A stretch of DNA of 64,000 nucleotides from an uncultured virus (IMG/VR IMGVR_UViG_3300044987_000436) (IMGVR_UViG_3300044987_000436); one strand, 5' to 3'; shown: positions 45,952 to 55,265, numbered from the stretch's first letter. The notes: generated from the sequence alone by a model not told the origin. Translations and numbers: made by a program.

Positions 45952-46396
45952 TCCTCGTACCCCCCGTGACCTCGTGTCCCGCGATAAGACTGCTCGTCCT
46001 GTATATGTGCCACCTTCGGCGCTGCCTGATCCGACTCCAGAGCCGGGTTATGTGTATCGCTGGATCATGACGCATTTGCTTGGCGAAGCGAACCCAACTA
46101 ACGTGTCTCGTAAGATGCGCGAAGGCTGGGTGCCGGTGAAAGCCGTTGACCATCCAGAACTGATGCTGGTGGGTAGTGACAAAACAGGAAACGTCGAAAT
46201 CGGTGGCCTCATGCTTTGCAAGATGTCGTCGGAGATGGCCAAGTCCCGTGATGAGTACTACAACACGCAAGCTCAGAACCAGATGGACTCGGTGGACAAC
46301 CACTTCATGCGAAATAACGACCCTCGGATGCCGCTGTTTGCTGACCGCAAGTCAACAGCCAGTCGCGGACAAGGATTTGGTTCAGGTTCTAAATAA
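45944..46396 (+). CDS. Conserved head-module protein
   Basis: GYVYRWI...REGWVPV...IGGLMLCK. Confidence 0.7.
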   Translation: MADPRTPRDLVSRDKTARPVYVPPSALPDPTPEPGYVYRWIMTHLLGEANPTNVSRKMREGWVPVKAVDHPELMLVGSDKTGNVEIGGLMLCKMSSEMAKSRDEYYNTQAQNQMDSVDNHFMRNNDPRMPLFADRKSTASRGQGFGSGSK

Positions 46397-46407
46397 AGGA
46401 GTGCCTC

Positions 46408-47031
46408 ATGGCATCAACTGCATCCCCCTACGGCCTTAAAGCCGTCAACGAACTGGGCGGTCTACCTTATTCCGGTAGCACGCGTCAGTTTTTGATTAAC
46501 CCTGCGGGTTACAACACCAATATCTTCAACGGAAGTATTGTTGCTATTAACACTAGCGGTTTTCTGGAAATTGTCACTACCAATGGTATTGCGGCTACGC
46601 CATTTCCGGCAGGCACAATCGGCGTTTTCGTCGGCTGCTCCTACGTAAATTCGCAAGGTCAGGTGATCTACGCTCAGTTCTATCCCGCCAACTACGTTGC
46701 TCCTGCTGGCACTGCCATCACTGCATACGTTATTGACGACGACCGTGCTGTGTTCCAAGTTCAATCTGTCGGCCCCGTGGCACAAGCTGCTTTGGGCGCT
46801 AACGTGTACCTGAACGCTGTTCAGTCCACCTCCACAGGTAGCACTATTACTGGCAACTCCAACTCGGCAATCATCATCGGCTCTTCTGCTGCTGCGACCA
46901 CCGGCTGGGCTCTTCGCGTTGTTGGCTTCGTGGACATGCAAGGCTTCTCGACTGTTGGCGACGCCTTCACCGATGTGCTGGTTAAGTTCAACCCAGTGGC
47001 CCATTCGTATTCCAACCCACTCGGTGTTTAA
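46408..47031 (+). CDS. Putative capsid decoration/cement protein
   Basis: PYGLK, GVFVGCSY; immediately upstream of the major capsid gene. Confidence 0.6.
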   Translation: MASTASPYGLKAVNELGGLPYSGSTRQFLINPAGYNTNIFNGSIVAINTSGFLEIVTTNGIAATPFPAGTIGVFVGCSYVNSQGQVIYAQFYPANYVAPAGTAITAYVIDDDRAVFQVQSVGPVAQAALGANVYLNAVQSTSTGSTITGNSNSAIIIGSSAAATTGWALRVVGFVDMQGFSTVGDAFTDVLVKFNPVAHSYSNPLGV

Positions 47032-47042
47032 GGAGCTAAATC

Positions 47043-47975
47043 ATGGCAATTTCACGCGCACAACTACTTAAAGAACTGCTCCCCGGCCTGAACGCATTGT
47101 TTGGTCTGGAATATGCTCGCTACGGCGAAGAGCACAAGGAAATCTACGAGACTGAGAAATCAGAGCGCTCGTTTGAAGAAGAAACCAAGCTGTCTGGCTT
47201 CGGTGCTGCACCAGTGAAGAACGAGGGCCAAGCCATTGCTTATGACAATGCGCAGGAAGCCTTCACTGCACGTTACAGCCACGAGACCATTGCTCTGGGC
47301 TTCTCGATCACTGAAGAAGCGGTCGAAGATAACCTGTACGACAGTCTGTCGGCTCGTTACACCAAGGGTCTGGCTCGCGCTATGGCCTACACCAAACAGG
47401 TCAAAGCTGCTGGCGTTATCAATAACGGCTTCAGCGGTTCGTACCTCGGCGGTGACGGTGTGTCGTTGTTTGGCGTCAACTCTTCCAGCGCACGCGTGGG
47501 TCACCCACTCGTCAACGGCGGCGTTAACTACAACAGCCCCACCACTGGTGTTGATCTGAACGAAACCTCGCTGGAAAATGCTGTGATTCAAATCGCTGCA
47601 TGGACTGATGAGCGTGGTCTGCTGATCGCCGCTAAGCCACGCAAGATGATTGTGCCGCCTGCGCTGCAATTCGTTGCTACCCGTCTGTTGGAAACCAACC
47701 TCCGCGTTGGCACTGCTGACAACGATATCAACGCGTTGAAGAACAACGGTTCGATCCCTGAAGGCTATGCCATCAACCACTTCTTGACCGACAGCAATGC
47801 TTGGTTCCTGATGACTGATGTGCCAAACGGCCTGAAGCACTTCGAGCGTACAGCTCTGAACAACTCCATGGACGGGGATTTCGACACGGGCAACGTCCGT
47901 TACAAGTCCCGCGAGCGTTACAGCTTTGGCTGGAGCGATCCATTGGGTGCTTGGGGCTCGTCCGGTTCGTCTTAA
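47043..47975 (+). CDS. Major capsid protein (Mu gpT-like, HK97 fold)
   Basis: MAISRAQLLKELLPGLNALFG, SFEEE..LSGFG.APVK.EG, DFDTGNVRYK.RERYSFG; strongly biased codons; followed by a terminator. Confidence 0.9.
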   Translation: MAISRAQLLKELLPGLNALFGLEYARYGEEHKEIYETEKSERSFEEETKLSGFGAAPVKNEGQAIAYDNAQEAFTARYSHETIALGFSITEEAVEDNLYDSLSARYTKGLARAMAYTKQVKAAGVINNGFSGSYLGGDGVSLFGVNSSSARVGHPLVNGGVNYNSPTTGVDLNETSLENAVIQIAAWTDERGLLIAAKPRKMIVPPALQFVATRLLETNLRVGTADNDINALKNNGSIPEGYAINHFLTDSNAWFLMTDVPNGLKHFERTALNNSMDGDFDTGNVRYKSRERYSFGWSDPLGAWGSSGSS

Positions 47976-48022
47976 TTGACGGCTGAGTAAGTTAGGGTTG
48001 GGGGTTCCCGGCCGCTTACTGG

Positions 48023-48048
48023 AAAAGGCACCTTCGGGTGCCTTTTTT
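48023..48048 (+). terminator. Intrinsic terminator after the major capsid gene
   Basis: AAAAGGCACC-TTCG-GGTGCCTTTTTT. Confidence 0.9.
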
Positions 48049-48049
48049 G

Positions 48050-48077
48050 TTGACACACTTTGAAAAAGGTGTATATT
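48050..48077 (+). promoter_or_regulatory. Sigma70 promoter TTGACA-N16-TATATT
   Basis: Perfect -35 and 5/6 -10 directly after the terminator. Confidence 0.7.
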
Positions 48078-48084
48078 GCAAGTA

Positions 48085-48156
48085 CTCCGGGTCTTCCGGT
48101 GTATCAGACAGTCCCGGCTGACGACATGCAGACTGATACGCCTATCTTGCATGTAA
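48085..48156 (+). ncRNA. Pseudoknotted structured RNA, likely the Mu-gpT-DE motif
   Basis: Three interleaved helices (48087-91/48113-17, 48098-107/48133-42, 48124-30/48148-54) downstream of a Mu gpT-like capsid gene; the family name rests on recalled gene context, not on a search. Confidence 0.6.
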
Positions 48157-48166
48157 GGAACCAATC

Positions 48167-48745
48167 ATGGCATTGACCACATTCTCCGGCCCAGTCTCTT
48201 CCCTCAACGGCTTCATCGGCGGCACTGCGACCTCCCCCATCACTCTTACCACGGCCAGCAACGTGTCTGAGTCGTACGCCACATCCTCCGCTACCACTGG
48301 CGATACCCGCCTGTCGTACAACCGCTTGGCTTTTACCTCTACAGGTTCTGGCGAGACCATCCGTGCCCTGACTCAAGTCACAGGTGTTGGTGGCGCTACG
48401 GGCGGCACAATCAATGGTGCTCACGTTAGCTTGAGCGTCAACGGTTCGGGCACTATTTCCGGTGCCGGTAACGCTCTTCGCGCTACTCTGGGTGGTACAT
48501 CTACAAACCCCGGCGGAACATTGGCAGCTATTCAAGCTGACTCCAACTTTGCTACTGGTGGTACTTGGACTAACAGTTCATTCATCCGCTTTACAAACAG
48601 CGGAACAGGCGTTATTCCTAACTTGTTCAATGTCCCAGCCGCTATGGTTGTGGCTGATGTGGTCGCAGACTCCTCCCACACAATTAAAATTGTGGACAGC
48701 GCCGGTACTGCGTACTACCTGATGGCAACTACTACTGCGCCTTAA
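48167..48745 (+). CDS. Virion structural protein (head fibre/decoration-like)
   Basis: MALTTFSGPVSSLNGF N-terminus; T/S/G-rich. Confidence 0.6.
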   Translation: MALTTFSGPVSSLNGFIGGTATSPITLTTASNVSESYATSSATTGDTRLSYNRLAFTSTGSGETIRALTQVTGVGGATGGTINGAHVSLSVNGSGTISGAGNALRATLGGTSTNPGGTLAAIQADSNFATGGTWTNSSFIRFTNSGTGVIPNLFNVPAAMVVADVVADSSHTIKIVDSAGTAYYLMATTTAP

Positions 48746-48746
48746 T

Positions 48747-48917
48747 ATGCAGATCACCAAGGAATTCTTGGAATCTGAGATACGTGACCTTGAGACTGAA
48801 GCGCAGAAAGCTCAAACCTTTTTGACTCAGGCTCAAGCCACGATCCAAGCATACAAGATGCTCATAAACAGGCTAGACGCACCAGAACCGGAGCAAGAAA
48901 ATGGCAATGCAATATGA
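48747..48917 (+). CDS. 56-aa coiled-coil protein
   Basis: Translated by hand: MQITKEFLESEIRDLETEAQKAQTFLTQAQATIQAYKMLINRLD... Confidence 0.6.
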   Translation: MQITKEFLESEIRDLETEAQKAQTFLTQAQATIQAYKMLINRLDAPEPEQENGNAI

Positions 48918-49377
48918 TGTTAAGTCGCAACACGGCGGGGCTTCCGGCTTGATGGTTTCGTACCGTACTCGCCTTAAAGGCGCGGTTGTTTTTCCTTTTT
49001 CTGGTGCTACAGAGTACACCGTTTTGGTAGACGACATTAGTATTAGCGGAACTTACTCAAGAGCCACTACTATGGCGACGGTTACCGCGACAAACCACGG
49101 CCTAAAAGCAGGCGATTGGGTTTATTTGGACTGGGATTTGACGGATAACCCGTACCAAGTTCAAACAGCCGCTACTGCAGACACGTTTATTGTGACTGTT
49201 GCGAATTCTGGTGCAGACAGCGGAAATGTCACGGTATGGAATGATGTGCTGCTGCAATTGGACGCATCAAATCAAACGGCGTACAGTGTGCCGATTCCCG
49301 GCGAAGGTGTTCTTGCCCATTACGGCATACGCCTTTTCTTGGGAGCCAACACGCACATTACGGTGTTCTATGGCTAA
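48901..49377 (+). CDS. Virion structural protein
   Basis: MQYDVKS...RTRLKG...IPGEGVL...ITVFYG. Confidence 0.65.
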   Translation: MAMQYDVKSQHGGASGLMVSYRTRLKGAVVFPFSGATEYTVLVDDISISGTYSRATTMATVTATNHGLKAGDWVYLDWDLTDNPYQVQTAATADTFIVTVANSGADSGNVTVWNDVLLQLDASNQTAYSVPIPGEGVLAHYGIRLFLGANTHITVFYG

Positions 49378-49624
49378 ATCACCAGCATGGACACGCAAAG
49401 AAGGCAAGTCGGAGAAGGGCGGGCTCAACGCGAAGGGCCGAGCTTCCTACAACAAGGCCAACCCCGGCAAACCCGGTCTGAAGGCCCCTCAACCCGAGGG
49501 CGGCAGCAGGCGCGACTCTTTCTGTGCCCGGATGTCCGGCATGAAAAAGAAGTTGACCAGCGCCAAAACAGCCAAAGACCCGGACAGCCGCATCAACAAA
49601 AGCCTTCGGGCTTGGAAATGCTGA
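49370..49624 (+). CDS. Small basic protein
   Basis: MAKSPAWTRKEGK..KGGLNAKGRASY...RRDSFCARM...SLRAWKC. Confidence 0.75.
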   Translation: MAKSPAWTRKEGKSEKGGLNAKGRASYNKANPGKPGLKAPQPEGGSRRDSFCARMSGMKKKLTSAKTAKDPDSRINKSLRAWKC

Positions 49625-49625
49625 T

Positions 49626-49868
49626 ATGAGCACGCCCGAAATCCTTACCGCCCGTGAACTTGCCACCCATGCTGCTGATATTAAGCACATGCAGGAGGAC
49701 ATGGACAAGATGCTTGAGAGCATGAAAGCCATGCAGGTCACGCTGACATCCATAAACTCCACCCTGTCTGAAGCCAAAGGCGGTTGGAAAGTCCTGATGT
49801 TGGTTGGCGGCGCGGCTGGCACGGTTGGCGCTGGGATCGTACAGTTGGTCCATTGGTGGAGCAAGTAA
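49626..49868 (+). CDS. Coiled-coil plus C-terminal TM protein (XhlA/holin-like)
   Basis: Heptad N-half followed by a hydrophobic C-terminus. Confidence 0.6.
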   Translation: MSTPEILTARELATHAADIKHMQEDMDKMLESMKAMQVTLTSINSTLSEAKGGWKVLMLVGGAAGTVGAGIVQLVHWWSK

Positions 49869-50245
49869 TGCCCAGTAGCTCCAAAAAACAACACAATTTC
49901 ATGGCGGCTGTGGCCAATAACCCAGCATTTGCCAAGAAAGCAGGCGTCCCACAGTCCGTGGGACAGGACTTTACCAAGGCCGACAAGGGCCGCAAATTTT
50001 CAAAAGGTGGTGACACTATGGCTTCCAAAATGAATCCCGGCTTCATGGCAATGATGGCTAAGAAAAAAGGTGCTGACGCACCTGCCAAGGGCAAAGACGC
50101 TCTGGCCAAACACGCGTCCAAGCCTGCTTCCAAAGCACACGCGGGCCTCAAAGCCGGTGGCATGGCCAAGGGTGGCGGTATCGAGTCCAAGGGTAAAACC
50201 AAGGGCACGATGATTAAGATGAAATCTGGCGGCAGAACCTGCTAA
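49868..50245 (+). CDS. Lys-rich basic protein with xxGG motifs
   Basis: MPSSSKKQHNFM...FSKGG...MAKGG...MKSGGRTC. Confidence 0.7.
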   Translation: MPSSSKKQHNFMAAVANNPAFAKKAGVPQSVGQDFTKADKGRKFSKGGDTMASKMNPGFMAMMAKKKGADAPAKGKDALAKHASKPASKAHAGLKAGGMAKGGGIESKGKTKGTMIKMKSGGRTC

Positions 50246-50256
50246 AAGGAAAGATC

Positions 50257-50838
50257 ATGGCGACTAAACCGGCAATCGTTACCAAAAAGCAGCTCGAAGA
50301 TTCGGGCTTTGATAATCTGCGCGATTACTTGAACGCTGAGCGCGGTTTGACTCGCCGTGACGGCCAAGTCGCAGTTCGCAAAGGTGAGATGGACATCAAG
50401 AGTCCTGCTGAAAAACGCAGCGCTACCCGAATGGCTGATGTTGCCGCGCAGAAACCTAGCGCTGAGCGCCGCAGCGACACGCGTTTGCGCGATTCGCAAA
50501 GTGCGTCTGCTTCCTCAAACGACGCCAATATGCTGCTTGTAGATTCTGCCGTGAAAGAGATTGGTGGCGGTCGTTCAGGTGGCCGAGGCGGTGCTGAAGC
50601 CGGTGAAGGGTCTGAGTCAAAACCCGCAGGTGCCTTTCGTGGCACGCGTTCTGACCCAAAACCTGAAGGTGCTTATCGCGGCACGCGTTCTGACCCAAAA
50701 CCTGAAGGTGCTTATCGCGGCACGCGTTCTGATATGAAAAAAGGTGGCGCAGTCAAGAAGATGGCTTCTGGCGGTTCCGCGTCCAGTCGTGCTGACGGTA
50801 TTGCCCAGCGCGGCAAGACCAAAGGACGGGTCTGCTAA
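50257..50838 (+). CDS. Basic low-complexity protein with 13-aa tandem repeats
   Basis: KPEGAYRGTRSDP x3; ends MKKGG..MASGG..RADGIAQRGKTKG. Confidence 0.7.
   Translation: MATKPAIVTKKQLEDSGFDNLRDYLNAERGLTRRDGQVAVRKGEMDIKSPAEKRSATRMADVAAQKPSAERRSDTRLRDSQSASASSNDANMLLVDSAVKEIGGGRSGGRGGAEAGEGSESKPAGAFRGTRSDPKPEGAYRGTRSDPKPEGAYRGTRSDMKKGGAVKKMASGGSASSRADGIAQRGKTKGRVC
50620..50733 (+). repeat. 39-bp coding tandem repeat, about 3 copies
   Basis: Units start at 50620, 50659 and 50698. Confidence 0.9.
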
Positions 50839-51114
50839 ATGATGGCAAGCCGAGGCATGGGGGCAATCTCCCCCAGTAAGATGCCCGGCGGCAAAAAGAA
50901 AGCCCGTCGTGATGACACTGACTTCACCCAGTTCAAAGAGGGTGGTAAGGTCAACGCGGCGGGTAACTACACGAAGCCAAGTCTTCGCAAGAAGATACTG
51001 AGCCAAGTCAAAGCCGCCGCGACTCAGGGTACGGGAGCTGGAAAATGGTCAGCCCGTAAAGCGCAGCTTGTGGCCAAGAAATATAAAGCCGCAGGCGGCG
51101 GGTACAGGGACTAA
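50839..51114 (+). CDS. Small basic protein
   Basis: NYTKPSLRKKI...GKWSARKAQLVAKKYKAAGGGYRD. Confidence 0.75.
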   Translation: MMASRGMGAISPSKMPGGKKKARRDDTDFTQFKEGGKVNAAGNYTKPSLRKKILSQVKAAATQGTGAGKWSARKAQLVAKKYKAAGGGYRD

Positions 51115-51115
51115 A

Positions 51116-51349
51116 GTGAAAGCGCCGCAGAAATCCCTCAAGGACTGGGGCGACCAGAAGTGGCGCACCAAGTCTGGCAAACCGTCTTCCAAGACGGGGG
51201 AGCGGTATTTGCCCGAGAAAGCCATACAATCACTCAGCCCTGCCGAGTACGCTGCAACCACAAAGGCCAAGCGTGCCGGTAAAGCAGCAGGCAAGCAGTT
51301 CGTGGCGCAGCCCAAGCGTATCGCAAAGAAAACAGCAGGGTTCAGATAA
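51116..51349 (+). CDS. Small basic protein (DUF5872-like)
   Basis: QKSLKDW..QKWRTKSGK...GERYLP...GKQFV.QP. Confidence 0.7.
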   Translation: MKAPQKSLKDWGDQKWRTKSGKPSSKTGERYLPEKAIQSLSPAEYAATTKAKRAGKAAGKQFVAQPKRIAKKTAGFR

Positions 51350-52050
51350 TGGCAACTTCCGGCACCGCAGCATTCAACCTTGACCTGACAGAACTGGTCG
51401 AGGAGGCGTTCGAGCGCGTCGGTAGCGAGTTGCGTACGGGCTATGACTTAAAAACTGCACGGCGTTCCCTGAACCTGTTGTTCGCTGATTGGGCCAACCG
51501 TGGCGTGAACATGTGGACGTTCGAGCAGGGCTCCATCACGATGGTTCCGGGCACAGCTACATACAACCTACCGTCAGACACCGTTGACCTTCTGGAACAC
51601 GTCATCCGCACGGGAGCAGGTAACGCAGCCACACAGGCCGACCTGACCATCACGCGTATCAGCGTCTCCACCTACGCCACCATCCCCAATAAGCTGGCCC
51701 AAGCCCGTCCGATTCAGGTCTGGATTGAGCGTCTTCAGGAGACTCCGCGCATTACCGTGTGGCCCATCCCCGATGCCAGCCAGACCTACACGTTCGTGTA
51801 CTGGCGTATGCGCCGCATTGATGATGCTGGTAGCGGTGTGAATACGATGGACGTTCCGTTCCGGTTTATTCCCTGCATGGTGGCGGGACTGGCCTACTAC
51901 TTGGCCATGAAGGTTCCCGGTGGCGTAGAGCGTCTGGGCATTTTGAAAGAGCAGTACGATACGGCGTGGCAGTTGGCCGCTGACGAAGACCGCGAGAAGG
52001 CGTCTGTACGTTTCGTGCCACGTCAGATGTTCATTGGAAGCGGTACGTAA
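51349..52050 (+). CDS. Head-tail adaptor / tail tubular A-like protein
   Basis: EEAFER.G, ARRSLNLL..DWANRG, WP.PD, PFRF..CMVAGLAYYL. Confidence 0.7.
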   Translation: MATSGTAAFNLDLTELVEEAFERVGSELRTGYDLKTARRSLNLLFADWANRGVNMWTFEQGSITMVPGTATYNLPSDTVDLLEHVIRTGAGNAATQADLTITRISVSTYATIPNKLAQARPIQVWIERLQETPRITVWPIPDASQTYTFVYWRMRRIDDAGSGVNTMDVPFRFIPCMVAGLAYYLAMKVPGGVERLGILKEQYDTAWQLAADEDREKASVRFVPRQMFIGSGT

Positions 52051-52443
52051 GTGGGAAACCGTTTCTCCTCTGGCAAGAACTCGATTGCCGAGTGTGATCG
52101 GTGCGGGTTTCGGTTCAAGCTGACTTCCCTGCGGAAAGAGACCGTCAAGACGAAGATACGCGAGATTCTGGTGTGCAGCAGTTGCTGGGACCCGGATCAA
52201 CCGCAGTTGATGTTGGGCATGTATCCGGTAGATGACCCGCAGGCGGTTCGTGATCCCCGCCCAGACCGCAGCTACGTGGCCTCTGGCCTGTTGGCGGATG
52301 GTTACCAAGGGCAGGGTAGCCGGAACATCCAGTGGGGCTGGAATCCGGTCGGAGGTTCTCGGTTTTTTGATGACGCACTGACGCCAAACCTCTTGGCTTT
52401 AGGCGTGCAAGTTGGTACAGTCAGTATACAAATTGGAGCGTAA
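52051..52443 (+). CDS. Zinc-ribbon virion-associated protein
   Basis: CDRCGFRF...VCSSCWDP.QPQL...DPQA.RDPRPD. Confidence 0.7.
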   Translation: MGNRFSSGKNSIAECDRCGFRFKLTSLRKETVKTKIREILVCSSCWDPDQPQLMLGMYPVDDPQAVRDPRPDRSYVASGLLADGYQGQGSRNIQWGWNPVGGSRFFDDALTPNLLALGVQVGTVSIQIGA

Positions 52444-52444
52444 A

Positions 52445-52633
52445 ATGGCATTCAAATCAGCAGCAGACGGCATAGCCTCCAAAGGCAAGACCAAGGGCAA
52501 GAATCTGGGCGACAGCGGCCCCTCCGTAGCCATTCAAAAAGGTGGCAAGGGCGGTAACGGTGGCAAGACCAACGAAGAGATGCTCAAACTGGGCCGTGGT
52601 CTGGCCAAGGTCGCAAACCAAAAGCGAGGTTAA
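52445..52633 (+). CDS. Small basic protein
   Basis: ADGIASKGKTKG...LGRGLAKVANQK. Confidence 0.65.
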   Translation: MAFKSAADGIASKGKTKGKNLGDSGPSVAIQKGGKGGNGGKTNEEMLKLGRGLAKVANQKRG

Positions 52634-52635
52634 TC

Positions 52636-52881
52636 ATGGCTACAAAGAACAACTTGTCGGCTGCGTCCTACGCCAAGCCCCACACCATGTCAGGTAAACC
52701 CGTGACTGTGGAAGCCAATCCGGGTAAGCTGCCAAACCGCAGCAAGCTCGATACCGTTGACGCAACTGTGGGCAACATCAGCAAGTCCGCCGGTAGCGAG
52801 ACAACCAAAACTGCGGGCACTGTGACTCGCGGTAACGGCTGCGCTACCAAGGGCATCACCGCCCGTGGGCCAATGGCATAA
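52636..52881 (+). CDS. Small basic protein
   Basis: Ends TRGNGCATKGITARGPMA. Confidence 0.65.
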   Translation: MATKNNLSAASYAKPHTMSGKPVTVEANPGKLPNRSKLDTVDATVGNISKSAGSETTKTAGTVTRGNGCATKGITARGPMA

Positions 52882-52894
52882 CTAGGGTTTACCC

Positions 52895-53608
52895 GTGAAC
52901 TATACGCAGCTCGTCGCGGCCATTGAGTCGTACACGGAGAACCAGTTCCCAGTCACGTACTTGGCGGACGGCTCTACCGTGTCCAGCACACAGCAGATTA
53001 ACCGTCTGATTGAGCAGGCCGAGCAGCGTATATACAACTCGGTGCAGTTCCCGTCGATTCGCAAGAATGTGACCGGCAGCATCACGGCCAACAACAAGTA
53101 TTTGGCTTGCCCAAACGACTTTCTGGCGGTGTATTCCATTGCGGTAATTGACTCGCTGGGTGTGTATGAGTTCTTGCTGAACAAAGATGTGAACTTCATC
53201 CGCCAAGCATATCCCCAGCCAACAGATACGGCGCAGCCCAAGTATTACGCATTGTTCGGGTCGCAGACCAACGACCCAAATGAGTTGACGTTCATCCTTG
53301 GCCCCACACCGAACCTAACGTATGGTGTTGAGCTTCACTATTACTACTACCCTGAGTCAATTACAACTGTTGCCTCTGGTCAGACATGGCTGGGCGATAA
53401 CTTTGACTCTGTGCTGCTGTATGGCAGCTTGGTCGAGGCGTACACGTACATGAAGGGTGAAGCTGACCTTGTTACGCTGTACAACACCAAGTACAACGAA
53501 GCCCTTGCTCTGGCTAAACGACTTGGTGATGGACTTGAGCGGTCCGACAGTTATAGAAGCGGGCAATACCGTGCTCCGCCTTTGCCCCGAAACAATGGGG
53601 TCGCGTAA
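52895..53608 (+). CDS. Adaptor/tail tubular-like virion protein
   Basis: MNYTQL..AI..YTEN, QAEQRIY, PKYYA, GPTP, TWL.DN...LLYGSLVEAY.YMKG. Confidence 0.7.
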   Translation: MNYTQLVAAIESYTENQFPVTYLADGSTVSSTQQINRLIEQAEQRIYNSVQFPSIRKNVTGSITANNKYLACPNDFLAVYSIAVIDSLGVYEFLLNKDVNFIRQAYPQPTDTAQPKYYALFGSQTNDPNELTFILGPTPNLTYGVELHYYYYPESITTVASGQTWLGDNFDSVLLYGSLVEAYTYMKGEADLVTLYNTKYNEALALAKRLGDGLERSDSYRSGQYRAPPLPRNNGVA

Positions 53609-54237
53609 TGGTAAGGCACAATCGCCAAGCAGCCAAAGCCTTAGGACTACCCAAGTGTTACGGCTCTCCCTGCCATAAACACCCAGAGCTTGAGGGCTTT
53701 CGTCGAGTGTCCGGCGCATGTGTTGCCTGTGCCAAGCAAAATCTGCAAAACAGTCGAGCGGCAAATTTAGAACGTACAAAAGTGCAACAGGATAAGGACC
53801 GCATCAAGCTGTTGCAAAACCCAGTTTATGTTGCTAAGAAACGCATTAGTGATACTGCCTACCGAGCCGCAAACAAGGCGCAATGCCGTGCAGTTATCGA
53901 GGCATGGAGCGCACGCAACCCCGAAAAGGTAAAAGCGTACGCAAAGAAGACCAAAGCGTTTAACTCTGGTCGTGTGCTTGCACACACTGTAAAACGCCGC
54001 TTGGCAAAAATAAAGCGCACCCCCGTGTGGCTAACATCAGATGACCACTGGATGATTGAGCAAGCATACGAGTTGGCCGCAGTCCGTACCAAAATGTTTG
54101 GTTTTGCTTGGCACGTTGACCATATCGTCCCGTTGCAAGGTAAACTCGTCTCAGGACTTCACGCCCCCAATAACTTGCGTGTCATACCCGGCGCTGAGAA
54201 TATACGGAAGTCCAACCACTTTCAGGTAGCTACATGA
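53608..54237 (+). CDS. Free-standing HNH homing-type endonuclease
   Basis: C..H...C..C N-terminal knuckle; TPVWL; WHVDHIVPLQG..VSGLH.PNNLRVI...N..KSN. Confidence 0.85.
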   Translation: MVRHNRQAAKALGLPKCYGSPCHKHPELEGFRRVSGACVACAKQNLQNSRAANLERTKVQQDKDRIKLLQNPVYVAKKRISDTAYRAANKAQCRAVIEAWSARNPEKVKAYAKKTKAFNSGRVLAHTVKRRLAKIKRTPVWLTSDDHWMIEQAYELAAVRTKMFGFAWHVDHIVPLQGKLVSGLHAPNNLRVIPGAENIRKSNHFQVAT

Positions 54238-54680
54238 CCATCGCACAAACAGCAACGACCAGCTTTAAAATTGAACTGCTTCAGGCAGTTCATAGCTTTG
54301 GCCCCACGTCCCCTGACACGTACAAGATCGCGCTTTACACGGCGCTGTCAACGATTGGTCCCGGCACTACTGTATATACAACAACGGCTGAAGTTGTCGG
54401 TACGGGCTACACGGCTGGGGGTAACACACTTGTAATCTCTACAAGCCCTACGTCTGGCAACAACAACCTTGGAGTTCCCACTGCCTTCATCAGCTTTGCC
54501 AACTCATCTTGGCCTGCCTCGACATTTACAGCCCGTGGTGCATTGATCTACAACAGCACTGAAAGCAACAAATCTGTAGCGGTGCTGGATTTCGGCGCGG
54601 ATAAGACCGTTTCTAACGACACGTTCCAAATCATTTTCCCAACCGCCGATGCCACCAGCGCAATCGTGCGAATCAGCTAA
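54234..54680 (+). CDS. Virion structural protein
   Basis: SFKIELL...YKIALYT...GYTAGG...ARGALIYN...VLDFG.DK. Confidence 0.7.
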   Translation: MTIAQTATTSFKIELLQAVHSFGPTSPDTYKIALYTALSTIGPGTTVYTTTAEVVGTGYTAGGNTLVISTSPTSGNNNLGVPTAFISFANSSWPASTFTARGALIYNSTESNKSVAVLDFGADKTVSNDTFQIIFPTADATSAIVRIS

Positions 54681-54692
54681 ACAGGAGCTTAC

Positions 54693-55265
54693 ATGCCAAT
54701 CGAAAACAGCCAAACTCAAGATGCCGTGCAAGCAGGCATGATCGCCAACAAAGCGTCAACTGAGCAAATGGGGGCCGGTGGCGTATACACCGTTGAGTGC
54801 GTCGGCGCTGACGGCCAAGTCAAATGGACCGACACGTTCCACAACCTCGTGATGAACGAAGGCGTGCAGGACATGAACGCCAAGTACTTTAAAGGCGCTA
54901 CGTACACAGCCTCGCCCTTTCTTGGTCTTGTCACTGGCCCCGGCTCGGGAACTACATTTGCCGCAACAGACACGTTAGCATCCCATATTGGCTGGACTGA
55001 GAGCACGGATTACGCAGGCGCACGCAAAGCAGTCACGTTTGGCACGGCTACAACAGCTAATCCATCAGTTATATCTAACTCTGCGTCCCCATCGTCGTTT
55101 GCCATGAACGCCACAGTTATTGTTGGCGGTGCCTTCCTGTGTACAGTGTCGAGTGGTACGTCCGGCATCTTGTTTTCCGCTGGTGACTTTACGGGCGGCG
55201 ACAAGCTCGTAGACAGCGGCGATACACTGAATGTCACATACACTTTTTCGCTGACTGCTACTTAA
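54693..55265 (+). CDS. Virion structural protein
   Basis: KWTD..HNLV.NEG...GDTLNVTY. Confidence 0.7.
   Translation: MPIENSQTQDAVQAGMIANKASTEQMGAGGVYTVECVGADGQVKWTDTFHNLVMNEGVQDMNAKYFKGATYTASPFLGLVTGPGSGTTFAATDTLASHIGWTESTDYAGARKAVTFGTATTANPSVISNSASPSSFAMNATVIVGGAFLCTVSSGTSGILFSAGDFTGGDKLVDSGDTLNVTYTFSLTAT

Noticed and set aside
48118..48124. CTGACGA as a hammerhead ribozyme core
   Set aside because: No correctly placed GAAA, stem II or NUH cleavage triplet; the pairings form a different pseudoknotted topology
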